Below are positions 14,581-26,500 of a stretch of DNA of 64,000 nt, one piece after another. A program made the position numbers and the translations under genes. The stretch's first letter is position 1. Every line of letters begins with the position of its first letter. A model generated the notes under the pieces. The model was not told where the DNA came from, did not search any database, and was given only the letters and a program-made list of their open reading frames with translations. The stretch is taken from positions 23,004,001 through 23,068,000 of the forward strand of contig NC_087251.1 in the NCBI RefSeq assembly GCF_037042905.1, written 5' to 3'. The stretch comes from Lytechinus pictus. Taxonomy: Eukaryota.

Positions 14581-17500
14581 CTTCATGAACACATAATTGG
14601 CCCTATTGGAGTCAGTATATTATTTGCCTAGTAGTCATATTTTGGGTCGTATATATAGATATATATATACCCACACACACACACACACATATATATATTT
14701 ATATACACACATAAAATATGATTAGATCTTTTTCTTAGTCGCAGGCTCTGTCTCTCTTTCCTACACCCTCACAAAATAACCTTTTCACTAACCCTCTATG
14801 TAGTTGACTGCACTGCTGGCAACCCTTGTCTCAATGGAAGTACTTGTGAGGAGAACGATACATGCACTTGTACTAGTGGATTTAATGGAGATGTGTGTCA
14901 AACAGTTACAAACTTTGTCTATTTCAATATATAAAATGACCTCTGTGGCATTTGCCCTTTGACCTCGTGAAGCTAAGTTTTTTCAGATCATTTGAACTCA
15001 CATATGCAAACAAACGCCAAATTTAAAGTGTTCCCCTCAAAAGGATTTATAGTAATCGCGAGAAAAAAAACGGGACAGAAGGAAAAACGACCCGAAAATA
15101 TAGCGGGGAGATGCATAACAGTCTTCTGCAGCCATGAAGTATCCCCCTTAAATTAAAGACCAATTCATCCTTCAAATTCATATATTTTTCCTTTAAGTTA
15201 AGCAATAAATCCATATTTGATTCATTGCCCTAATTTCTGCTTACTTTTTTAAAACCTTATTTTCATACAAATTTTACGTGTACTCCATTTAACTTATAAT
15301 GGGTCTTTTTGAGCTCTTTTATAGTATTAAGTTGTGTACAGCGTCAAAACTGATTGGTTAGGTTCCATTTCTTTATGGTGTAATAGCTTAAAAGCAACAA
15401 CATGACATTAAAAGTTGACTGTTTCATTTTTTTTCTCACTATGCTGAAATTCAGCACACATGTTTCCTGCAATATGAATATAGAGCCTGAATATTAATAA
15501 TATTCAATATTAGATGAATTAAAAAATCATGCCTTCACAAATCTTGTAAATATGTCATACTTCAATAAGTTTCCATTAAGATATCATCTTTATAACCTAT
15601 TAATTTATTTTCTTTATGAAGATATGCAATATACATGCATACATACACACCCATAACTTCATTTTCTACCATCTATCTTTCTCGATATCATTTTTCTCTC
15701 TCTCTCTAGTTTCCTGTACTGACGGCAACCCTTGTATGAATGGAGTTACTTGTGCGAACGACGCGTGTCCATGTTCTGCGGGGTTGACTGGAGTTCTATG
15801 TGATGCAAGTATGTAGTTCTAACAAACCTCTTTACAAAGGAGTGGCTTCCTTATTCAGGAAGCTTACCTTAAAAAAATACAATTTACAGTAGACTTAGTG
15901 CATAAAGAATACCAAATTGTGACGACATTGATTTTCTCGTAAATTTCTTGTGGGAAACGGTTAATTGGGGCCTAATATATGACCTCATGATCGCATAATT
16001 TGCCCTATTGGAGTCAGTATATTATTTGCCTAGTAGTCATATTTTGGGTCGTATATATACATATATATATACCCACACACACACATACATATATATATTT
16101 ATATACACACATAAAATATGATTATATCTTTTTCTCAGTCGCAGGCTCTGTCTCTCTTTCCCACACCCTCACAAAATAACCTTTTCACTAACCCTCTATG
16201 TAGTTGACTGCACTGCTGGCAACCCTTGTCTCAGTGGAGGTACTTGTGAGGAGAACGATACATGCACTTGTACTAGTGGATTTAATGGAGATGTGTGTCA
16301 AACAGTTACCAACTTTGTCTATTTCAATATATAAAATGACCTCTGTGACATTTGCCCTTTGACCTCGTGAAGCTAAGTTTTGTCAGATCATTTGAACTCA
16401 CATATGCAAACAAACGCCAAATTTAAAGTGTTCCCCTCAAAAGGATTTATAGTAATCGCGAGAAGGAAAAACGACCCGAAAATATAGCGGGGAGATGCAT
16501 AACAGTCTTCTGCAGCCATGAAGTATCCCCCTTAAATTAAAGACCAATTCATCCTTCAAATTCATATATTTTTCCTTTAAGTTAAGCAATAAATCCATAT
16601 TTGATTCATTGCCCTAATTTCTGCTTACTTTTTTAAAACCTTATTTTGATACAAATTTTACGTGTACTCCATTTAACTTATAATGGGTCTTTTTGAGCTC
16701 TTTTATAGTATTAAGTTGTGTACAGCGTCAAAACTGATTGGTTAGGTTCCATTTCTTTATGGTGTAATAGCTTAAAAACAACAATTTAATGACATTAAAA
16801 GTTGATTGTATCATCTCTCTTTCTGTCACCATGTTCTTTCAATCTCTCTCTCTCGCTATCTCTATTTAGTTTCATGTATGGCCGGCAACCCTTGTATGAA
16901 TGGAGCTACCTGTGCTAACGACGCGTGTACATGTTCTGCAGGATTGACTGGAGATCTGTGTGAAACAAGTATGAAGTTCCAACACATTTCATCATAATGA
17001 GTGGATGTTTGCTTTTCCATATTTGTACTGTTCGACCTAACGGATATACTAACAGAAATGGACTGTCTGCCATTTATTGATAACTTTATCACTATGTAGT
17101 CTGATTTTAAGGTTTTTTTTTACCGTGCTGAAATTCGGCACACATGTTGCTTGAGAAAGTAAGATGCAAGCCTGATTAAAAATAGTAATAATCGGTATCT
17201 GACAAAAATGAAACGATGTTTTAAAATTATACCTCAAAATCAAATTTGTTTATTTCATGTCATATTGAATAAGTTTCCTTTCAATATCATCTCTATAACC
17301 TGTTAATTGATTTTTATCTTTAAGATATTCCAAACTATATACAAGGCTTTGATAGGTGTGATACAGACAGGCATGATCAACGTGTCTACCCTCCGTTCAA
17401 TATCAGTCAACGTGGGTTTTCACATAGTACAATTAAAAATGAATCTCTTTCCTGGTAGTGTTAGCATTATGAATATAATAACAGGAACAGAGTATTTCTG

Positions 17501-20500
17501 TGGTCAAATGCTTTTTCTGATTAATTTCTCCTTTAAGCAAATTTAAGAAAAAAGGAGTAATCACTATTTGATATGATGCTCTTATTTCTGCTTACTTATG
17601 ACTCGGTTTCTTCCTGATAAGCAGGTTAGTTTATACTTGATATGACGTAATACTTGTAATTACCATGTTTAAAGGCCCGGTCCCACTGCACTTGCAGATG
17701 TAGAGAGGATGTAAAACTGAAAAAAATATTGCCTTCCGTTGGAAAACGTTATGTATCCGTTATGTACTCTTCGTATACGTGTTTCATACGCTTTATATCC
17801 ATCGAGCATCCGTCCACTGTGATTTCATTGTTCACCCATTTTGTCCATTATCTGGAGCGGATAAAAACGGATGGAGCCACCCCGAAATTTTGTTTGTCCA
17901 CTGTATCGGTTCTGAATACGTTTGGTGTCCGTCGGCCTGTGGGACCAGGCCTTTAACTTAAGATCTATGGTTTTTTTTTCCACTGTTGAGTCATGTGCGT
18001 TTTTAAAAATAATTGATAAAAGTCAATTTTCTTATGGTTTAATAACAACGAAATAGAAAATTAATCAATTTTTACATTCTGTCTTTCACGATATCATTCT
18101 CTCTCTCTCTCTCTCTCTCTCTTCCTCTCTCTAGTTTCCTGTTCTACCGGCAACCCTTGTATGAACACAGGTACCTGTGAGAACGACGCATGTTCATGTT
18201 CTGCTGGATTGTCTGGAAATATGTGTGACTTATTTATAATGAGTGTCTATTTTTCGATTTTCCTTACTCAGGAAACTTAACTTACCTTTATAAATATTCC
18301 TCTCTATCTCTTTTTTTTGCATTTCAGCATTTTTTACACCATATTTCCGTGGCGCATGATGAAATAATTGTACAACCTAATATATGACCGCGTGAATATA
18401 TAAATTAGTCCTGTAGGAGTCAATGTATTATTTGCCTCGTAGTCATATATTTGGTCGTATATATACATGATTACGTCTTTTTCTCAGTCGCAGTCTTTTT
18501 TTTCTACCCCCTTTCGCACACCCTCATACAATAACCCCCTTTCCCACACCCTCATACAATAACCTTTTCACTATTCCTCTATGTAGTTAACTGCACTGCT
18601 GGCAACCCTTGTCTGTACGGAGGTACTTGTGAGGAGAACGATACATGTACATGTACTACCGGCTTAACCGCAGATGTATGTCAAACAGGTACCAACTTTT
18701 TTTAATTCATTATACGAAATGACCTCTGTGACATTTACCAATTTGACCTCGTGAATCCAAAGTTTGTCATATTATTTGAACTCGGATATGCGTGCAAAAT
18801 CAGAGTTTGGAGTTTACCCCTCAAAAGTTTCTCAGTTATCGCGAGAACGAAAACGGAACAGAAGGACGAACGACCCGAAAATATGTTTCCGGCAATCAGT
18901 TACAGTTGGCAGCGGCATAAAAGTCTTCTGTAGCCACGTACGATCCCCCTTAAGGACGTTCCAAAGTTATGTTTGTGCGCATTATGATCTGCGCATATTT
19001 TACACTCTGCGCGCTGACGTCACAATGGATGAACAGGTGATTAATTAGCTGTGGGTATGAGCTGATTTTTCTCATCATCTGCACTCTAACTGCAGATCCG
19101 ATGCGTTATTTTATGAAGCTAAAAAATTTGAATTATTCCATGGACCATTTTAAAAATACCTCTACAATTTCAAAATACTTTACTCTGCAGTGCTGCCAAA
19201 AATCACGTATATGACCCCGAGTTTGAATAAATGGTAGAGTGATTTTGATTTTTTCTTCACATAGATACAAAGCATTTGGGGCATTTTTGGTGTTTTAAAA
19301 AGCACATTTGCTCAAATAAAAATGCTGATAGTTTGAAAACAAGCACATGAACCCCTATTTTTTAATGTTTGTACCTCTTAGATATACCTTCCTCTACAAC
19401 TTTGCAAATTTTGGTGAAAATGACATGGATTTTGAATAAAGTGCAGCATTTATTGTACTTTTGTAGTTTGTTTTTGAAATTTCACATTTTTGAAATTGGG
19501 TTTTTGTTATCTTTTACGTCATTTTCAAGATCTGGCAGTGCTGTTAGACTTAAAATTGCAAACAAATAGCACTATGAATAGATTCTCCATTCTAACGATA
19601 CAATTATTAACTCTCTTGCGAAATTTGATGACTTTTTCATGTATTCTGACTGAGTAATAGAGGTTTAAACTCATTGTAGTGATCTTGCGAGGTCTAAAAA
19701 TGCCAAATTCTTTTGAATGCGCAATTCTTAAGAACATCAATTTGGGTGAACTTTGAAGCTTTATAGCAAAAAATGAAGCACATGGACCTATGTTAATTTT
19801 TGCCTATTTCGAATATTAAGGTTCTAAAGTATCTATGTGCAAAGTTTGGTGAAAATGACATGGATTTCACTTTAACTGTGGAACGTCCTTAAATCAAAGA
19901 CCATTTCATCCTTTCATCCTACAATGATCGTAGAAAGTTAAAAAGTAATTAGTACCATCTTTAATTTCCAATAGATTTTTTCCTTGAAGCTAAGAAATAA
20001 ATCCAGTTTTGATACGCTGCCCTAATTTCTGCTTACTTTTTAACTTTTTTTTTAATATCGCATTTGCCTCTGATAATCACATCCTTAAGCACCATGAATA
20101 AGCCTTATGAATTCATACTTGTGCCCCATTAAACTAATAATGAGTCTTTTTGATAGTATTAAAGGTTGTGTACAGTCCAAAAATAATCAATTTCCGTATG
20201 GTGTAATAGTTTAACAACAAGAATATAATGAACTTAAAGGTTGATTTGCACGAACTCTCTTTCTGTCTCCACTTTTATTTTTTCTCTCTCGTTCCCCCCC
20301 CCCAATCTCTGTTTTTAGTTCCCCCCCCCCAACATTACCAAAGTTTGTTGACCCTAAATGACCTTTGACCTTGGTCATGTGACCTGAAATTAGCACAGGA
20401 TGTTCAAGGATACTTGATTGCTCTTATGTCCAAGTTTCATGAACTAGATCCATAAAATTTCAAAGTTGTGATGACAATTCCTTAAATACCCCCAATATGG

Positions 20501-23500
20501 CCAAAGTTCGTTGACCCTTAGTGACCTTTGACCTTTGTCATGTGACGTGAAACTCAGGCAGGATATTAAGTAATACTTGATTAATCTTATGTTCAAGTTT
20601 CATGAACTAGGTACATATACTTTCTAAGTTATGATGACATTTCAAAAACTCAACCTTGGTTAAGATTTCAATGTTGACGACGCCGCCGTCGCCACCGCCG
20701 CCGTCGGAAAAGCGGCGCCTATAGTCTCGCTCTGCTATGCAAGACAAAAACTTACTGATGAGAATGTGAAAGGTATTTCGCAAGAACGAAGAAGAAGAAC
20801 GTACGACCCGAAAATATGCCTCCCGCAATAAGTCGGATTTTTAAAACATTACTTTATGCATGTTATTGAATATTTTGCATGTCAACAGGACCATGTTGAA
20901 AAACAAAGTATATTATCTGAACATGTTACCTTGTATAAAGATTTTTCATAAATGAATGAATAAATAAATTAGCTCCACTGGATGAAGGCATAAAAATCGT
21001 CGGTAGCCACGTACGACCCCCCTTAAATTATAGTCAAATCCATATTATGACAATCGTATAAGATTTAAACAGGCAGTAGTACCCCCTTCGAATTCTGATA
21101 AATTCTTCATTAAAGCTACGAAAAAAGTTTGATACAATAACAATAATTGGTTATGATCAATTTTCTTTACCCAAAATAGCCCAAGCTATTGTAAAATTAT
21201 ATAGACCGGAAAGGGGGGGGGGGGCTTTTTTGCCTCCCTCTAGTCTCGGTCGTTGATGGTCTAATCGCGCCGAAAATTGTCACGCACGTCACTTATGACG
21301 TGATATTCCACATAATGCATTGGACATTCAATTTTACCACAATTATTCAATTTTATGTAATTAATCATGCTAATTTATGCATGGAATTATACTTAAATAT
21401 TGCTCCAAAAGTGCTTTAAAAAATTTAGACTCTAAAAGCTATTTTGAGAATTCTTATGAAAAGTATATTAAAAAATAGCGACATCAATTTTTCTATGATT
21501 TTATTCATCTTATGTATTCTTTGTTTTTCGACTTTATGTATTTTTCCATGGAAATTGTCAGCGACACTATTTCAGTCAATAATAACATGAAATCAACTGT
21601 TTTTAATTATCAATGAAAAGTTGATGAAGTTTGGCAACATACAGAATTCACAGTTCATTTGTAGATGAAATCATACTTTTGAGCAATTTCAGGTCTGACA
21701 AGCACTTACGAAAATGTTGCGTATCTTCGGAACCGCGTAACCCTGCGTTGTGAATTTGGTCTTATAAGTTGCGCGAGACTTGATGAAAAGTCATGAAACG
21801 TTGCGACACAATCTTTTCGCGTAACAGGTTTATCGCGAAAAACATCGAGGGGGTGCTTTTTTACCCCCCTCCGACTAGATAGGGTTAAGGCGTAATAACG
21901 TAATCACAATATAATGAAATTAAGTTAATTTATACATTATCTCATTCTGTTTCCCAGTTCTTTCTCTCTCTGTCAGTTTTCTATATTTTAGGTCTTTATT
22001 ATTTCAATTAATCCCCAAAGGAGTGGGATATTTTGGATGATGATCGTTTGTTTCTAACGCGGTTAATAATAAATGCGAATATAATGTACAATATAGAGCG
22101 CAGATGTACATCATTACGTCATAAATAGCTACATGCAAGTTGCAATTCTATGATCAAACTGACCCTAGGAAGCGAGGCAATACTAACTGATAATGTAATT
22201 GACACGATTTGCACAATCACTTTTTAGGGCGAGGGGTTGGATAATAATTTTATTGAATGAATTTATTACATAGAATACCAGAAATAGTCCACTCATTATT
22301 GACCCAAACTCTTGGAATATTTCTGGAAGCCCATTATGGGCCATCTAATATAATATCAATGTAGAAAATTTATGCCTGAACATATCATCTTTTCATTCAT
22401 TTGATGTCAAAATTCATGTGTTTCCTTCAGTTGTCATCTCCATAACATTCTCAATGAATTTTCACGAGTTTTTTCACGAGCATGTCTAGCGATGCTTTAT
22501 CTATACATTCGGCATGTGGTCTTGAAGCTTGTGCGACATAAAAAGAAAACTCGTTTTATTTCCACACCTTGGCTGCTGTGAGATTTAGTATTAAGGAATA
22601 AAGACAGAAATGTCCACTGTTCGTTCAAAATTAGTCATTTTTATTGGTCTTCATTCACGTAAATACAAAATAAAAACAACTCCTAACGTCTTGAACCATT
22701 GACGACATCTCTGCTGATCGTGTTAGAATTATACATAATACAAGCTTGGACAGATTTTACTTCGACCTATCTCTATTTTGCCATGTTTGTTGTCCAATAT
22801 TCATTTTCATCGTGTATCACTTTTGAAATAATTTGTATAGTTTGTCTAAATATGATGTATATAATGTAATCTTACAATTACGATTAAAGAACAGTTAAAA
22901 TTTGCTGGCAATTTTAACCAGTGTTTTCTAATCGCAGTGGAATGGGAGTTTTAGCCCTAATACAGAATTGCATGTTATCAAGGTTATCACGATATCAAAA
23001 TGCTAGATATACAAATTATTTCTGGACATATGTATATGGATAACTAAAAACATTGCAATTCAAAACGACCCGAATTCGACTCGCAAGATTTATATACTGT
23101 GATCACTCACTGAGACGTTTTAAATCATCCTTAACTTACAAATTAAAGTGTTAATAAATAAAGGATTTTAATTTCTTAATTTCTCTATCTTAGTTACGTG
23201 TAGTGGTGGTAATCCTTGTCAGAACGGAGTTACCTGTTCAAACGATGCGTGCCCATGCCCTTCGGGATTAACGGGAGAACTCTGTGACACAGGTATGAAA
23301 TGTATACACTTCTACACTGCTTTGTACAAGAGGGACGTTATAAGTATTCAAAAGAGTAAATAACGCTGATTCACTGTCCAAGAGACTGACAGATCGAAGT
23401 ACCTAAATTTCCCCAACGTCAATAAGAAGCTAACTCTCAACTAGTGATGATAATCGGCCACTGGTTATGTGTGAATGTACGAGTTTTATATGTTAGCCTC

Positions 23501-26500
23501 AGTCAGATCACATCCTTGGGGATGCAATCTATTGATGCATATAAGTCATTAGAGCACACACGAAAGGGGTGTCACCCCCAATTTCGTATCAAAGTTGGTG
23601 TAATGTTTGGTGTAAAATCAGTGTTGCATATTTGAATAAGATTTTCACATTTATTTATGTGCTTAAAAAGAATTATAGGCGCATTGGATTTCATAATATA
23701 AAGAAAGGCATCGATCATTCCGTCTCTCTCACTTTTTCTATCACTCTTAGTCGACTGCAATGATGGCAACCCTTGTCTGTACGAAGGTACTTGTGAGAAC
23801 GATACATGTACATGTATTTCTGGATTAACTGGAGATGTGTGTCAAACAGGTACCAACTTTTATGTGTGATATCTTTTGAGGGGAATTTATGTGTATGTAT
23901 TTTGGTATTGAAAATAATGCCCCTTTTACATGTTTCCAACTATAAGAAGGGTTTAGCGAGCCAGCATTTGGGGTAACAAAATCAACAATTTTTCAAAACT
24001 GGAACGATAAAAGAAGACATTGTGGTATAATGAAGAGATGTTATAAAGGTTATACGAGTATGGAAATGATTATTATTATAGTGACGAATGCGAATCCATT
24101 TGATTATATTAATGAACAATTTTCTGATTGCGACTGCAATTAATGTAACCAAGATAATGATTACATTTATGACGCATACTAGAACTGAACTTGAAATTAT
24201 TTTGAAATTACAAAAGCATTTCCAAGAAACATGGACATAGTGGTTATCAAATCGCAGCAATTATGATAGTAGAATTGCAGGTCACTGGTTGAAAGTCAGA
24301 GGTCGCCTCAGATCAGTAAACAAAAACATTATGATAATAACGCAGCCCCAATGCCAGAATCTATACTTCATTCAGCAATATTAATTTTATTCACATTCAA
24401 GCATTCGTTTTCATTGTCATTTATTCACTACTCCTGTGAATGCAGTGATTCGGCATGTTCCCACTCCTATCTGATTCTCTTTCTACCCTCCCCCTTTAGT
24501 TACCTGTTCTGATGGTGATCCTTGTCAAAATGGAGCTACCTGTACGAACGATGCATGTCCATGCCCTGCAGGATTAACAGGAGATTTGTGTCAAACAGGT
24601 ATAAACATAATATACTTCGCAATAGTTGTATTATTAATGACAAGGAAAATTGTGGATGGGTTGGACCCACAAATCGAATAACCTTGAAATTAGTTTTCTA
24701 TTGAAGAGGCTTTCTTTGGTAAATGAAAACGAATTGATAAACATGATAAATGGATAGGGAAACTATATTGGATGACTCAAAATGGGAGTCCAGAAATAAA
24801 ACACAAATCATAATTGAGTAATATCGGCTTTAACGAGTATTATGCATTTTGAAAATACCCTCGTGTCGCCACAACACTCCCATAGATGTGCATTATTTGT
24901 GTTGTATGATGTTACTCACACAAATATTCTAGTTATTTGACTGGTGGAAAGGTGTTCAATATTAGTTAAATTTTAAGCTGCATATTTTATTTCCAATGCA
25001 CGGCGATTGTGACATTTGTATTTTCCATTGAACACCATCATTAAAAAACAAATTATATAACTAGTGAATGTACATAAAGGCCTACATGAAAACATGGTTG
25101 TGCTCTTTCTTTTCCTAGTTTCCTGTTCTGCCGGCAACCCTTGTATGAACGGAGGTTCATGTGAGAACGATGCGTGTTCATGTTCTCCGGGATTGACTGG
25201 AAATTTGTGCCAAACAGGTAATATTTTAAATTTTATTGATAATTCATCACCCAAAGAGGGCTTTTCCACAAAGCTGTTCTTTTAGCTATGCGAGACTCAA
25301 GGAACGACTAGTCCATATAAATAATAATAATAATATACAAAATTTATAGAGCGCTTTATACAAAAGTTTCAAAGCGCTAAGAAAGAAGGGGGAAAAAACA
25401 AGATATCTCAGAAAAAGAACAACAAAGGAACTGAAAGTAAAACAAAATTACGAAAAATTAATTATACGTACAAATAAAGAGATAATCGGTGAATACACAA
25501 CTTAAATATAACGGGTCGATAATCATGTATGTAAATCTAAATAATCCTAATAACTAAGCTTACAATCCGACTTAAAAAATCTGAACACAATATGATAATG
25601 CCAATTAACTAAGGGGGATAATTTCATACAGAACAAAAGAAGCGAAAAATAGGCAAGTGAAACTTATTAAAAGAGGTGGGTTTTAAGGAGGGACTTAAAC
25701 AGTTCTAACGATGATGCCTCACGTACATTAATGGGGAGATTGTTCCAGAGCTTCGGGGCAATAACTGAGAAGGATCTGTCACCGTAGTTGGTTTTAGTTC
25801 TTGGTCCGGGCAGCAGTTGAAGATGTGCAGTGGTGTGGGAGCGGAGACGTCTGGATGCGGATGAAACTGATGATGATCGGAGGGAGACGAGGTTCTGTAG
25901 ATAAGAGGGAGCTTGATTATGGATACACTTGTAGACTAGAAGGAGAATTTTGTAGACAATGCGTTGCTGAACTGGTAACCAATGTAGAGAATTCAGGATT
26001 GGGGTGATGTGTTCATGTTTTTTTGTCCCGGTAACCAATCTGGCTGCTGTATTCTGGATCCGTTGGAGGGGAGCAATATGGGATTGGGGAAGACCGGCTA
26101 GGAGGCTATTACAGTAATCCAGATGGGAAGAAACAAATGCATGGATGAGCTTTTCAGTAGATGTAGTGTTGAGGTACTTGCGGATTCGGCCAATTCTAGC
26201 TATACCCCAAGAAGCAGTCCTGCACTTGTTGCGGATGTGTTGTGCAAGAGAAAGGTGATTGTCTAAGATCACACCGAGATCACAGACAAAATCCGAATTC
26301 TGAACGCGCGTTCCAGACAGATCAAGGGGAGAGAGATCATCACGCTGCTGCCTGAACCGGGATGATATATGCAGCATTTCAGTCTTTGCTTCGTTGAGCT
26401 TCAAGTTGTTGGTTACGGACCAAGACTTGATATCACGTAAACTTTCCTTTCATTTCTTTTTCCTTTTTTAAAAGTGCGCCTGGATTTCCTTTAACCTATT

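Larger units (their letters stand above)
1..17000 (+). repeat. Near-identical higher-order tandem array of EGF exon+intron units
   Basis: Exon order B A B A B A B C D B* A' B A B C D B C D B A' B C'. Periods: 1400 bp (347->1747), ~2515 bp (9765->12280), 5221 bp (4057->9278, 4544->9765, 5215->10436). Introns are nearly as identical as exons. The array continues off the left edge. Confidence 0.95.

Noticed and set aside
1..17000. Cluster of separate small EGF-peptide genes suggested by the 60-93 aa ORFs
   Set aside because: The hydrophobic leaders are translated polypyrimidine tracts; each EGF is bounded by splice sites in a constant phase.
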